A stretch of DNA of 64,000 bases from Macrostomum lignano (lineage: Eukaryota). The notes under the pieces were generated by a model. It had not been told where the DNA came from and searched no databases. It saw only the letters and a list, made by a program, of their open reading frames with translations. The DNA is taken from positions 111,664-175,663 of the forward strand of contig NIVC01001857.1 of assembly GCA_002269645.1 (NCBI GenBank), given 5' to 3'. Shown one piece after another: positions 27,163-42,000 of the stretch; position 1 is the stretch's first letter, and every line of letters starts with the position of its first letter. The position numbers and the translations under genes were made by a program.

Positions 27163-30100
27163 GGGATGCTTGCTATCTGGGAGATGCATGCTATCTGGGA
27201 GATGCTTGCTATCTGGGGGATGCATGCTATCTGGGGGATGCATGCTATCTGGGAGATGCATGCTATCTGGGAGATGCTTGCTATCTGGGGGATGCTTGCT
27301 ATCTGGGGGATGCTTGCTATCTGGGGGATGCTTGCTATCTGGGGGATGCTTGCTATCTGGGGATGCTTTTTGCTATCTGGGGGATGCTTGCTATCTGGGG
27401 GATGCTTCTTGCTATCTGGGGGATGCTTGCTATCTGGGGGATGCTTTTTGCTATCTGGGGGATGCTTGCTATCTGGGGATGCTTGCTATCTGGGGGATGC
27501 TTGATATCTGGGGATGCTTGATATCTGGGGGATGATTGCTATCTGGGGGATGCTTGCTATCTGGGGGATGCTTTTTGCTATCTGGGGGATGCTTGCTATC
27601 TGGGGGATGCTTCTTGCTATCTGGGGGATGCTTGCTATCTGGGGGATGCTTTTTGCTATCTGGGGGATGCTTGCTATCTGGGGATGCTTGCTATCTGGGG
27701 GATGCTTGATATCTGGGGATGCTTGATATCTGGGGGATGATTGCTATCTGGGGGATGCTTGCTATCTGGGGGGATGCTTGCTATCTGGGGGGATGCTTGC
27801 TATCTGGGTGGATGCTTGCTATCTGGGAGATGCTTGCTATCTGGGGGATGCTTGCTATCTGGGGGATGCTTCTTGCTATCTGGGGGATGCTTCTTGCTAT
27901 CTGGGGGATGCTTGCTATCTGGGGGATGCTTGCTATCTGGGGGATGCTTGCTATCTGGGTGGATGCTTGCGATCTGGGTGGATGCTTGCTATCTGGGGGA
28001 TGCTTCTTGCTATCTGGGGATGCTTCTTGCTATCTGGGGGATGCTTCTTGCTATCTGGGGGATGCTTGCTATCTGGGGGATGCTTCTTGCTATCTGGGTG
28101 GATGCTTGCTATCTGGGGGATGCTTCTTGCTATCTGGGGGATGCTTGCTATCTGGGTGGATGCTTGCGATCTGGGTGGATGCTTGCTATCTGGGGGATGC
28201 TTCTTGCTATCTGGGGGATGCTTCTTGGTATCTGGGGGATGCTTCTTGCTATCTGGGGGATGCATGCTATCTGGGGGATGCTTTTTGCTATCTGGGGGAT
28301 GCATGCTATCTGGGGGATGCTTGCTATCTGGGGATGCTTCTTGCTATCTGGGGGATGCTTGCTATCTGGGGGATGCTTTTTGCTATCTGGGGGATGCTTG
28401 CTATCTGGGGGGTGCTTGCTATCTGGGGGATGCTTGCTATCTGGGGATGCTTTTTGCTATCTGGGGGATGCTTGCTATCTGGGTGGATGCTTGCTATCTG
28501 GGGGATGCATGCTATCTGGGGGATGCATGCTATCTGGGAGATGCATGCTATCTGGGGGATGCTTGCTATCTGGGGGATGCTTGCTATCTGGGGGATGCTT
28601 CTTGCTATCTGGGGGATGCTTGCTATCTGGGGGATGCTTTTTGCTATCTGGGGGATGCTTGCTATCTGGGGATGCTTGCTATCTGGGGGATGCTTGATAT
28701 CTGGGGATGCTTGCGATCTGGGAGATGCTTGCTATCTGGGGGATGCTTCTTGCTATCTGGGGGATGCATGCAATCTGGGGGATGCTTGATATATGGGGGA
28801 TGCTTGCTATCTGGGGGATGCTTGCTATCTGGGTGGATGCTTGCTATCTGGGGGATGCTTTTTGCTATCTGGGGATGCATGCTATCTGGGGGATGCTTGC
28901 TATCTGGGGGATGCTTCTTGCTATCTGGGGGATGCTTGCTATCTGGGGGATGCTTTTTGCTATCTGGGGGATGCTTGCTATCTGGGGATGCTTGCTATTT
29001 GGGGGATGCTTGATATCTGGGGATGCTTGATATCTGGGGGATGATTGCTATCTGGGGGATGCTTGCTATCTGGGGGGATGCTTGCTATCTGGGTGGATGC
29101 TTGCTATCTGGGAGATGCTTGCTATCTGGGGGATGCTTGCTATCTGGGGGATGCTTGCTATCTGGGGGATGCTTCTTGCTATCTGGGTGGATGCTTGCTA
29201 TCTGGGGGATGCTTCTTGCTATCTGGGGGATGCTTGCTATCTGGGTGGATGCTTGCGATCTGGGTGGATGCTTGCTATCTGGGGGATGCTTCTTGCTATC
29301 TGGGGGATGCTTCTTGCTATCTGGGGGATGCTTCTTGCTATCTGGGGGATGCATGCTATCTGGGGGATGCTTTTTGCTATCTGGGGGATGCATGCTATCT
29401 GGGGGATGCTTGCTATCTGGGGGATGCTTCTTGCTATCTGGGGGATGCTTGCTATCTGGGGGATGCTTTTTGCTATCTGGGGGATGCTTGCTATCTGGGG
29501 GGTGCTTGCTATCTGGGGGATGCTTGCTATCTGGGGGATGCTTTTTGCTATCTGGGGGGATGCTTGCTATCTGGGTGGATGCTTGCTATCTGGGGGATGC
29601 ATGCTATCTGGGGGATGCATGCTATCTGGGGGATGCTTGCTATCTGGGGATGCTTGCTATCTGGGGGATGCTTGCTATCTGGGGGATGCTTCTTGCTATC
29701 TGGGGGATGCTTGCTATCTGGGGGATGCTTTTTGCTATCTGGGGGATGCTTGCTATCTGGGGATGCTTGCTATCTGGGGGATGCTTTTTGCTATCTGGGG
29801 GATGCTTGCTATCTGGGGATGCTTGATATCTGGGTGGATGCTTGCGATCTGGGAGATGCTTGCTATCTGGGGGATGCTTGCTATCTGGGGGATGCTTCTT
29901 GCTATCTGGGTGGATGCTTGCTATCTGGGGGATGCTTCTTGCTATCTGGGGGATGCATGCTATCTGGGGGATGCTTGATATATGGGAGATGCTTGCTATC
30001 TGGGGGGATGATTGCTATCTGGGGGATGCTTGCTATCTGGGTGGATGCTTGCGATCTGGGAGATGCTTGCTATCTGGGGGATGCTTGCTATCTGGGGGAT

Positions 30101-30660
30101 GCTTGCTATCTGGGGGATGCATGCTATCTGGGGGATGCTTCTTGCTATCTGGGGGATGCATGCTATCTGGGGGATGCTTGATATATGGGGGATGCTTGCT
30201 ATCTGGGGGGATGCTTGCTATCTGGGTGGATGCTTGCTATCTGGGGGATGCTTTTTGCTATCTGGGGGATGCTTGCTATCTGGGGGATGCTTGCTATCTG
30301 GGGGATGCTTCTTGCTATCTGGGGGGATGCTTGCTATCTGGGGGATGCTTGCTATCTGGGGGATGCTTGCTATCTGGGGGATGCTTCTTGCTATCTGGGG
30401 GATGCATGCTATCTGGGGGATGCTTCTTGCTATCTGGGAGATGCTTGCTATCTGGGGGATGCATGCTATCTGGGGGATGCATGCTATCTGGGGGATGCTT
30501 GCTATCTGGAGGATGCTTGATTTCTGGGGATGCTTGATATATGGGGGATGCTTGCTATCTGGGGGATGCTTGCTATCTGGGGGATGCTTGCTCGGGGATG
30601 CTTGCTCGGGGGATGCTTGCTATCTGGGGATGCTTGCTCGGGGATGCTTGCTCGGGAGAT
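27163..30660. repeat. ~18-bp satellite CTGGGGGATGCTTGCTAT, ~3.5 kb, with higher-order duplications
   Basis: Direct; variants with TCT/TTT insertions, GCAT, GGTG and GATAT recur in blocks. Confidence 0.98.
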
Positions 30661-31489
30661 TGCTACTTAGCATCTTAAGATGTCAAGGCTTGCTGGGGAG
30701 GGGGCCGTTGTACACCATGTGTGAGCGTGTTTATGAGTGCGTGCCTGTGTACAGTATTGGCACTTCTATGTGCTTAAAGAATAGTGTCTTTTTCCAATAT
30801 TGACATGATTTAGTTTCCAAGCTAAACAGGGTTTGCTTTTCATAAATGCTTTAGCTGTCAACGGTAAAAACTCACTTCAACTGACCGGGGAAGTTTTTGT
30901 TCGTAGGGCGAGAAAAGTAGCAATATTTTTCTTTGAGTAGAAAGCCAAGAAGACACTTCAATTCAATATCGCCCAAAAATCTGCACATGCACACACAGTG
31001 TTCGTAAGCCCAGAGAAGCATAGCAATGCCAAAATCTTATACTTACTAAAATAGTCTCAAATATATAAGATTTTTCTATACTTTGACAGAGAAACTTCTT
31101 CCAGACACTTCTTGATTGCGGAGAGGGGCTGCGTGCAGGCAGGGGTGGCGGGTGTGGGGGGGAGCACTGCTCTAAAGTGGCCATGGGGTCTGCTTAAAGC
31201 GAGTTGAGTCAGAAGCAACAGAGCTCCCAGTATAGCAACTCCGTTAATCCTCGTGGGAAAATAACTGAGGCAGAGGGGAGGAGCTGAGAGGCTAAGAGAG
31301 GGAAGCGCCGCGAATCAACGGCGCACACACTGGCTGTATGAGCTTTGCACATGTTCAAATTTGCTGTAGCTAACTATAGTGTATAAATATCAATGCTCTG
31401 CAATGAAACACAGGGAGGGGCAGGTGGGGGCATGGCCCTCACAAATCAGATAGTAAAAGTACATGGCGCTGTTTAGAGTATAGTTTTTT

Positions 31490-31867
31490 AGCACCCCTGG
31501 TGCTAGCGCCCCTGGTGCTGGCGCCCCTGTTGCTGGCGCCCCTGGTGCTGGCGCCCCCGGTGCTGGCGCCCCTGGTGCTGGCGCCCCCGGTGCTGGCGCC
31601 CCCGGTGCTGGCGCCCCTGGTGCTGGCGCCCCTGGTGCTGGCGCCCCTGGTGCTGGCGCCCCCGGTGCTGGCGCCCCTGGTGCTGGCGCCCCTGGTGCTG
31701 GCGCCCCTGGTGCTGGCGCCCCTGGTGCTGGCGCCCCTGGTGCTGGCGCCCCTGGTGCTGGCGCCCCTGGTGCTGGCGCCCCTGGTGCTGGCGCCCCTGG
31801 TGCTGGCGCCCCTGGTGCTGGCGCCCCTGGTGCTGGCGCCCCTGGTGCTGGCGCCCCTGGTGCTGGC
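31490..31867. repeat. 15-bp minisatellite GGTGCTGGCGCCCCT (same family as 1-2088 and 23848-24398)
   Basis: About 25 copies. Confidence 0.96.
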
Positions 31868-33034
31868 AATCGCATTTCCTACATAGCAGAGTGAGTTAAC
31901 TGAGGTCATTTCTTGGCCTGCAAGATTTAAAGAGTTGGCGAATGGAAACAAGGATGGCACATAATATGCTGGATGAGGATAGGAGGCTGGCTCTGACCCC
32001 TCCCCCAATAAATATTTAATGGCTTCTGTAAGCAGCAACGCTGACCTGCTTGTCCACTGCTTTCTCACGCTTGCGCCGTCCCGTCTGAGTGTGTGGAGCC
32101 CCCCGGCCCAGTAATGTGACGCGATGAAGACAGGAAGAGCCTGGGAGGGGAGAGTGTCTGACTCAGTGATGAAAAAAATGCATATATTGTCTGAGTTGCC
32201 CGCTATGCATTGCTGCTGCAGGCCATGGAATTGAATTGAAAATTGCAGCCTCATCAACTCCCCAGCTTACTATTCAGATACCAGATGCTAGATAGATGGA
32301 GAGACAGACGGGGGGAAGTGAAAGTTAGGGGAGCAGCTAGTGAGGAACAATGAGTATTCTGCTGTGCCTACAGCTAAAATTATGCTTGACAATAGGCGTA
32401 AAAGTTTCATTCTATGAAACTCCACCATGAGTAGTAGATCATCAACTCATATTTATGTTGTTTATGGACAACCGTCGTTTCCGTTATGGACCTCTGGAGC
32501 CGTTCTTGGACTGGAGGAGTACCCAAGCTCGATTTGGGGCTTTTGCGCAAAAAAATCAGAAAGTTATCGGGCGATTCACATGCCGCCGTATTTATCTTTA
32601 TAATATTATGTTTAATATACGAATGAGTATTACTAAACAGTTTAGTGTTAAGAAGATTAATTCTCATTTTTTAGCATTTGTCAACACTGACTTTTGCGGC
32701 TCGGTGCATGTACGTTACAAATGAAAAATGTTATATTTTTGAGTGAATTTTGCGCAGCAGAGCCTTAGCTGTATGTAAGAATGAGTGTTGCCGCTTATGC
32801 AGAAATTCCCAGGGTCCTGCAGTGAGGTCTGTCTGTTCGAATCAAATATTTTAATAATGCATACACACTACTATTAATTAATTATTTCTGTCACTTTCTC
32901 TTCTGCGCAGCCGCCACTGAGAAAGAATTTAAAGGAAAACTAGACGACTTTCTGCAACAAAACTTTTTCACTCGGATGAATAGGCAGTGCAAGCTAGATA
33001 GTAAATCAGATTGGTTAGGAACTTCATTTAGTCT

Positions 33035-33415
33035 TTAGTAGTCTTTGTTAGAGTCCATGGTAGAGTCTTCGTTAGAGTTTTAGTAGAGTCTTTGGTAGAG
33101 TCTTTGGTAGAGTCTTTGGTAGAGTCTTTGGCAGAGTCTTTGTAAGAGTCTTTGGTAGAGTCTTTGGCAGAGTCTTTGTAAGAGTCTTTGGTAGAGTCTT
33201 TGGCAGAGTCTTTGTAAGAGTCTTTGGTAGAGTCTTTGGTAGAGTCTTTGGTAGAGTCTTTGGTAGAGTCTTTGGTAGAGTCTTTGGCAGTGTCTTTGTA
33301 AGAGTCTTTGGTAGAGTCTTTGGTAGAGTCTTTGGCAGAGTCTTTGTAAGAGTATTTGGTAGATTCTTTGGTAGAGTCTTTGGTAGAGTCTTAGTACAGT
33401 CCTAATAGAGTCTGG
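33035..33415. repeat. 12-bp minisatellite GGTAGAGTCTTT (left part; resumes at 34161-34285)
   Basis: Direct; the same TAGAGTC core flanks both sides of the LINE fragment. Confidence 0.94.
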
Positions 33416-33422
33416 TATTCTG

Positions 33423-34160
33423 ATATATATATAGGGATGCAGAGAGTAGCACAGACAAAAAGAGATCTAGCTAGACTTTGCGCGGACGCGTTCGCAGAGC
33501 AACCGAGAGGGGCAAGTCATGGCGGACTGGGGGCTGAGCCCGATGGCCTGCAAGTCAGTCAGAAACGTATCATTTAGCGTCACAGTTCCGCCTTGGCCAC
33601 GGCGCAGGCGCTCGGTGGGCTGATGCAGGAGAGCCAGCGCCAGAGGATTTTGCTCGCCGCGGCCGTGGCTTCTTAGGCAGTGGCCAAGTAACATCTGACG
33701 GCGTTTACGGATAGTGCAGCTGAGCGCGGGAACACCAGCGCGAGTCATCAGGTCCCTGGTCGGCACAGTATCAGGGTAGTGCACGGCCAGGGCATAGCGG
33801 AGCAGCGACCTGTAGTGAGCATCCAGGGCTTGCTGTCGCGTCGCAGTCATTGGCACAGCCTCCATGCCATATAGGAGAATCGGCTCAACGGCAGTGCGGA
33901 AAAGGCGCATCTTTAGGTCGTCGCGAGCGGTTGAATTAAAGACGCTCCTGGGCATGCGTGCCGCACGCCAGGCCTTAGTCCTCCTGTCAGAGACAATGGT
34001 GTCGGGGTTCAAGACAAGGGAGCCGAGGTAGCGGAAGTCCTCGCACACCTTGACGACTTCTCCATTTGGAAGAGCTAGCGCAGGGGTAGTTGCAGCGCCC
34101 ACGTGGAGCACCTCAGTCTTGAATGCGTTGATCACCAAGCCAACTCGGGTGCCCTCTTCG
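33423..34160 (-). mobile_element. 5'-truncated non-LTR retrotransposon (RTE-like clade): C-terminal RT region, short 3' UTR and (TA)n tail
   Basis: Open frame EEGTRVGLVINAFKT..FRYLGS..KMRLFRTAVEPILLYGME..RRQMLLGHCLR matches the post-YADD/thumb motifs of non-LTR RTs. Stop at 33467; tandem tail TATATATAT at ~33423-33433. Clade assignment is tentative. Confidence 0.85.
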
Positions 34161-34285
34161 TAGAGTCTAGAAAGTCTGGTAGAGTCTTGTTAGAGTCTTA
34201 GTAGAGTCTGGTAAAGTCTTCGGTAGAGTCTTAGTACAGTCCAAGTAGAGTCTGATTAAGTATTTGGTAGAGTCTTAGTAGACAG
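34161..34285. repeat. Degenerate continuation of the TAGAGTC minisatellite
   Basis: TAGAGTCT(T/A/G) units to the right of the LINE fragment. Confidence 0.85.
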
Positions 34286-35004
34286 CAAACTCTTCTCTCC
34301 TAGAAGAGCTTTCAAGAAAGAAAACATTCCAGCCTCAATCCGAATTAAGATTAGCGGCGAGTGAGCATCGAGTCGGGTGCAAAATCAAATTGGCAAACTG
34401 AACGCTCATAACTCACCCATCCGAGCTCTTCGTCATCGCTTCTATCCAGCTTCCCCGTATCTTTCTCTCTTACAGCCAACAGACACACGCGCGCCTCATC
34501 GCCCCGGCTCCCCATTCACTTTCCCTCTCTCCATCTACTTCTATCTGGTCTATCTGTCTTCCATCTCAACGCGAAATCCGCCACTGCAAGAGAGAAGAGC
34601 GAGAGAGAGGCGGGCAAGAGGCCTCCCGAGCCAGCTTGCTTCGAAGTGAAGCGGCTTGATCTGCAATCAGCTTTAAGGCCTTGGCGAAATTTAATTTCCT
34701 TCTTTTTTGCTGAACCGCCCCAACCCTCTGCCACCCCCTCTCAGCCCTCCGCTCCTCTGGCGCCGATTTTGTGGCTTGCAGAATTATAATAAAAAAGTGA
34801 ATATTATTGATCCACCGATGCGAGAACGGTTGACTGGGGCAAAGTACGGAGATAGGATAGCCTGACTGCAGACTGGTTGCTCAACCGTGTCCGCCTGGCG
34901 CTCACTTTTTTAACTGGAAATCCGATAGAGTAGGGAGGGCGATCGGTATGCTAGCGACTATAAAAAGCAATGCTAAGTTGATTAGTTTGGGAGCCAAACC
35001 GTAA

Positions 35005-36017
<1,013 letters not shown>

Positions 36018-37554
36018 GGGTAGACACGTAGAAAAACAGGTAGACAGGTAAGATGCACAAGTCACCGCAGACGCATAATTATGAGAGCCTGTATGCTTTT
36101 AAACCGAATGCATTTATTTCTGCGGTTCTGTCGACGCTCCACAAGAAATGGGCAGCCAAGAGGCCGGCACAAATGAGAGAAACACTTAAAGCAGAAGACA
36201 CGGGCGCAGCCAGGTGGCCAGCAGCAGTAAATCACGCTTCAGCTGCCGGGCTTAGGTAAAAAAGAGAAGAGAGTCGAAGCAGGACAATAAAAGGCATTTT
36301 GCCTAGCAAGAAACTGCAACAACAAAAGCAGCAACAGAAGGAAATGGAATCTGCCATAATGGCAAAAGCGAAGCCATTTTACACCGGAGCGCCGCCGCAG
36401 GCCAAATGACTTTCAAGCGCTTGGCATGGCGGCCCCTCCATCTGCCCCCTCCCCCCTGGAATTGCATTGTGCTCCGAACCCATTTATCATAATAATAATA
36501 ATAATAATTTTTTATCTTTCCCCGGGAAAAAGCGGCTCCGTTTGTGGCATGCCGCCAGTCATTCCACTGTTGCTTCCAGAGCAACTCAAGCTCTCAATGC
36601 TTGCCTGGAAAAATGGCTGAGCTGGCTTGCTGAGGCCTCTGAGTAAAATTCTAGCTGTTGTGCATTCCCGTCTCCGCCATTCGCAACCTGTTTTACTGTC
36701 TTCCTGCCTGTCTCTTCCATGTCTTCCTACCTGTCTCTGCCATGTCTGCCTGCCTGTCTCTGCCCTGTCTTCCTGTCTGTCTCTGCCCTGTCTTCCTACC
36801 TGTCTTCTCCCCTGTATTTCTACCTGTCTCTTTCCTGTTTCCACCTGTCTTTGTCTTCTCCACAGACGCGCGTGCCCTTCCTTTTCTAATTGTTGCTTTG
36901 GGCCTTCCGAGGTGTCTGCGATCCACTATACAGACTTCCATCTGGCTCGTAGCCCTCTTCCTTTCATAATTTATCCTCTCCCCAGATCTCAACTTTAACG
37001 GCCTCCCATGCACTTCCTCTATCACTTCTAACATTCCCTAAACCTGGCTAAATCCAGTATCTCGTCTCCAAAAGTTATCCACTTCCCAATGTGTATTGAA
37101 TAATTAATCATTTAGCTGACAGACAGTGGCGGCGGCATATTCTATTACTATGGGAACTGAACTTCCTTGACGCGCGGGGCAGCAACGCTTTTGGGAATTG
37201 ACACTGCTGCAGCCGGCTGATCGGGCATGATTTATTACTGACTGGAGGCAGGAATAAAGAGAAACAAGTCGCTTTGTGCAGAGGCGACAGCAGCATCGAC
37301 TGGGTCATTGTTGTGCGGTTACAGCCTTCCAGGGCATTCAATAAGTTTACCAGCAAACAAAGAACAGCTCCCGTTCCTCTCATAGGACCAATTTTCAGTC
37401 TCAACGATAAGAGATGATTTGAGAGGAACTGCAGCTTTATGAACAAAGGCATGAGTGTATAATCCCAATACAATATGAAAAGGATCAAAACAAAGATTGT
37501 GCATTCCTTCCCCCACAGTCAATGTTCATATTGTAGCATAATTCTGCAGATCAG

Positions 37555-38605
37555 TCAAAGATTTTAGCGCCTATTTAGCGCCACAGTCAAAGATTTTAGC
37601 GCCAATTCAGCGCCACAGCAAAAAATTTTTTGCGCCAATTCAGCGCCACAGTAAAAGATTTTAGCGCCTATTTAGCAGATCAGTCAAAGATTTTAGCGCC
37701 AATTCTGCAGAACAGTCAAATATTTTAGCGCCAATTTAGCGCCACAGTCAAAGATTTTAGCGCCAATTCTGCAGATCAGTCAAAGATTTTAGCGCCAATT
37801 TAGCGCCACAGTCAAAGATTTTAGCGCCAATTTAGCGCCACAGCTAAATTTTTTTAGCGCCAATTCAGCGCCACAGTAAAAGATTTTAGCGCCAATTCAG
37901 CAGATCAGTCAAAGATTTTAGCGCCAATTCAGCGCCACAGTAAAAGATTTTAGCGCCAATTCAGCGCCACAGTAAAAGATTTTAGCGCCAATTCAGCAGA
38001 TCAGTCAAAGATTTTAGCGCCAATTCAGCAGATCAGTCAAAGATTTTAGCGCCAATTTAGCACCACAGTCAAAGATTTTAGCGCCAATTCAGCGCCACAG
38101 TAAAAGATTTTAGCGCCAATTCTGCAGAACAGTCAAAGATTTTAGCGCCAATTTAGCACCACAGTCAAAGATTTTAGCGCCAATTCAGCCGATCAGTCAA
38201 ATATTTTAGCGCCGATTCAGCGCCACAGTCAAAGATTTTAGCGCCAATTTAGCGCCACAGTCAAATATTTTAGCGCCAATTTAGCGCCACAGTCAAATAT
38301 TTTAGCGCCAATTTAGCGCCACAGTCAAATATTTTAGCGCCAATTTAGCGCCACAGTCAAAGATTTTAGCGCCGATTCAGCGCCACAGTCAAAGATTTTA
38401 GCGCCAATTTAGCGCCACAGTCAAATATTTTAGCGCCAATTTAGCGCCACAGTCAAATATTTTAGCGCCAATTTAGCGCCACAGTCAAATATTTTAGCGC
38501 CAATTTAGCGCCACAGTCAAATATTTTAGCGCCAATTTAGCGCCACAGTCAAATATTTTAGCGCCAATTTAGCGCCACAGTCAAAGATTTTAGCGCCAAT
38601 TTAGC
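37555..38605. repeat. 32-bp minisatellite TTTTAGCGCCAATTTAGCGCCACAGTCAAA(G/T)A, ~33 copies
   Basis: Direct; internal TAGCGCCA duplication. Confidence 0.96.
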
Positions 38606-39511
38606 TTTAATTGTAAAATTACTACAGAATAAAGCTGAGATATTAAAAAACTGAAGTATTTTCAGTGGAATGGAAATACTTTTTTATCACTGAAAACATT
38701 CTGGTTTTCCTCGGTCAGTGGAGACGACCGCGGGAACAAAGAGCGGCAAGAGTGGGGGGGGGGAGGGCAGTTGCTGCTTTCAGGAGCTGACGGGCTTTCA
38801 ATGGTTATTTAAGAAGCGGAGAATATTTTAAACGGCATGACAGCTTCCTCTCTTTTAAATATAGCGGAGTTCCGGCACATTAGTTGTGGGCTTTTGTATC
38901 AGCATAGGGCCAAGGCTAAGGGCTTAGGCAGGGTGACGGCAGCTGACTCACACCCTGCTGTATAACCCCTTTACCCACAATCGCCGCTTCTCTTCTTTGT
39001 CTTCTTATAGCAATACCGATGCAACCCGCAGTTAGTCAAAACACAACTGCTATACGTATTATATATACTCAGGACAGGATATTCCCCACTTCAAGCAAAT
39101 TTTGCAACACAACCAAATAATCCCTAATGGGCGCGGGAGGGATCTTAAGCAATAAAAAAGCGCGACTCTTCTTTCCTCGCTCAGACTTTATTTATTTTCA
39201 CAAGTCGCAACGCCAAGTACAGTGCAGAAGCAGAATGCAGCTGTTTCTGCTTCTGGCGGCTTTCCCCCCTAGCTAGAGAAAGAAGGGAAAGAATAATATA
39301 GCAAATTTGGGGGGGGGGAGTCTACTCAACCATAAACTCGCATGGCTTTTATTGATTTTTCTTCTTTAATGTGATTTGTGAGCCAGGCTCGCCGTTGTGT
39401 TAACTCTGGCATACAACTCTTCGTGCTCCGTATGCATATGCAAACCATAGGGGGGAGGCACACTGGTATTAATAAACCCTACTCTCATGTCACTACTGTT
39501 AACAATCGGTC

Positions 39512-39858
39512 GACTACCGATATGTAGCGAAGGAGACTTCTCTCAAACTAATCCATCAAATTGTCGGCGATCATCAATTTACATCAGACTGTATTGACTA
39601 CCGATATGTAGCGAAGGAGACTTCTCTCTCAAACTAATCCATCAAATTGTCGACGAACATAAAGTTATATTAGATTGCAATGGCTACCGATATGTAGCGA
39701 AGGAGACTTCTCTTAAACTAATCCATTAAATTATTAAATTATATTAGATTGCAATGGCTACCGATATGTAGCGAAGGAGACTTCTCATAAACTAATCCAT
39801 TAAATTGTCGACGAGCACCGAGTTATATTAGATTGCAATGGCTACCGATATGTAGCGA
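39512..39858. repeat. ~84-bp tandem repeat (4 units plus a partial) with an invariant hairpin-containing core
   Basis: Unit starts at 39512, 39596, 39682, 39756 and 39840; core CTACCGATATGTAGCGAAGGAGACTTCTC. Confidence 0.92.
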
Positions 39859-40197
39859 TGTAAATCTAATAAAATTCCAGAATCTAACGAAAACTTGTCC
39901 ATCAACTGAGCCATTGAAACACAGAGAATAAAAAATCCCTACTGAGGTCATTCTGATATCTGCGAGAAAATCGAAATTGGATTTCCAACAATCCTAGATC
40001 CTATATAAGCCTGTCTAAAACTTATCTGTGCATCGAATTCATTTAAAACTCGCACAGATCTACGCAAGCAGATCAATCAAACCAAATAAAGGAACCGAAA
40101 GTTTATAGATAGGAAATTCACTATTAAATATATTTAGGGCTCCGTGCAACACTGTTCCTCTACGTAGCTAAGCGGACCCAGACTCTTCATTTCAGGG

Positions 40198-40690
40198 GTG
40201 AGTCACTGCAGTCACTTGTGAATCACTACAGTCATTTGTGAATCACTGCAGACACTTGTGAATCACTGCAGTCACTAGTGAATCATTGCAGACACTTGTG
40301 AATCACTGCAGTCGCTAGTGAATCACTGTAGTCATTTGTGAATCACTACAGTCACTAGTGAATCACTACAGTCATTTGTGAATCACTGCAGACACTTGTG
40401 AATCACTGCAGTCGCTAGTGAATCACTACAGTCACTTGTGAATCATTACAGTCACTTGTGAATCACTGCAGACACTTGTGAATCACTGCAATCGCTAGTG
40501 AATCACTGTAGTCATTAGTGAATCACTGCAGACACTAGTGAATCACTGCAGTCACTTGTGAATCACTGCAGTCGCTAGTGAATCACTACAGTCACTTGTG
40601 AATCACTGCAGTCGCTAGTGAATCACTGCAGTCACTTGTGAATCATTGTAGTTACTTGTGAATTACTGCAGACACTTGTGAATCCCGATT
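40198..40690. repeat. 20-bp minisatellite GTGAATCACTGCAGTCACTT
   Basis: About 24 copies. Confidence 0.95.
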
Positions 40691-41409
40691 TAGTAGTGAA
40701 TCGCCAGCAAAGTCACCCGTGAATCAGCCCCATTCCTTTACAACTATCTAGGTAACTTGTAGGAATGTAAGAATAAAAAAATTCGCTTTACTTATCTTAC
40801 CTACGCTACTTATATCAGAGCCAATAGCATTTTGCCATACTAATGGTTAATAACTCGGAGAAAAAATCAATCAATCAAAAGTCCAAAAATTCTCAAAGTA
40901 GAAATTTATAATAATTAAATGAGCAATATAATTATTATTGGAAATTCAGACAGTTCACAATTACTTCCGTTCAGGAATATATATAAAAAACAAAATCAAA
41001 ATGAGAATACATGGCGTTATTGTGAAATTTATACATGTGCACTAATAACATTGTACTTTTCTTCCAGGGCTCAATGTTGCGCGGGTAAAACAACAGAAAA
41101 ACAGATAGATTTATTACTATCAAATAATAAAACACTTAACCTCAAATAGTCAGGAGTATTGCGTGCGTATCTCAAAACTTTTTTTACCGGATTCGAAATA
41201 AACAATAACATTAGTTACTTACTACTATACTTTTATTAGACAAAACTATTGTCACGTGACCAGCGACTCTGCGTTTGGTGCGGATTCGTCGCTTAATATG
41301 ATGAATAATTCATAATGATATCAAGGCAAAATGTGTTCGAAATGTTAGTTGTTATGCTACAGTTGTAAAAAATCGCATATGGTCAATTATCCGCCACTTC
41401 TGGATCATG

Positions 41410-42000
41410 TTTAGTCACGTTAGCACTATTTCAGTCACGTTAGCACTGTTTCAGTCACTCTAGCACTGTTTCAGTCACTCTAGAATCAGTTAAATCACCG
41501 TAAGAACCATTTCAATCACTCTAGCACCATTTCGGCCACCCTAAAACCATTCAGACACTCTAGAATCACTTCAGTCACTCTAGAACTAGTTAAGTCACTC
41601 TAGAACTATTTCGGTTACTCTAGAACCATTTCAGTCACTCTAGAACTATTTCGGTCACTCTAGCACTATTTCGGTCACTCTAGAACCATTTCGGTTACTC
41701 TAGCACTATTTCGGTCACTCTAGAACCATTTCAGTCACTCTAGAACCATTTCAGTCACTCTAGAACCATTTCGGTTACTCTAGCACTATTTCGGTCACTC
41801 TAGAACCATTTCAGTCACTCTAGCACTATTTCGATCACTCTAGAACCATTTCAGTCACTCTAGAACCATTTCAGTCACTCTAGCACTATTTCGATCACTC
41901 TAGAACCATTTCAGTCACTCTAGAACCATTTCGGTTACTCTTGAACCATTTCAGCCACTGTAGATCCACTTCAGTCAATGTAGAATTACTTCAGCCATTT
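41410..42000. repeat. 20-bp minisatellite ATTTCAGTCACTCTAGAACC
   Basis: About 28 imperfect copies. Confidence 0.94.
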
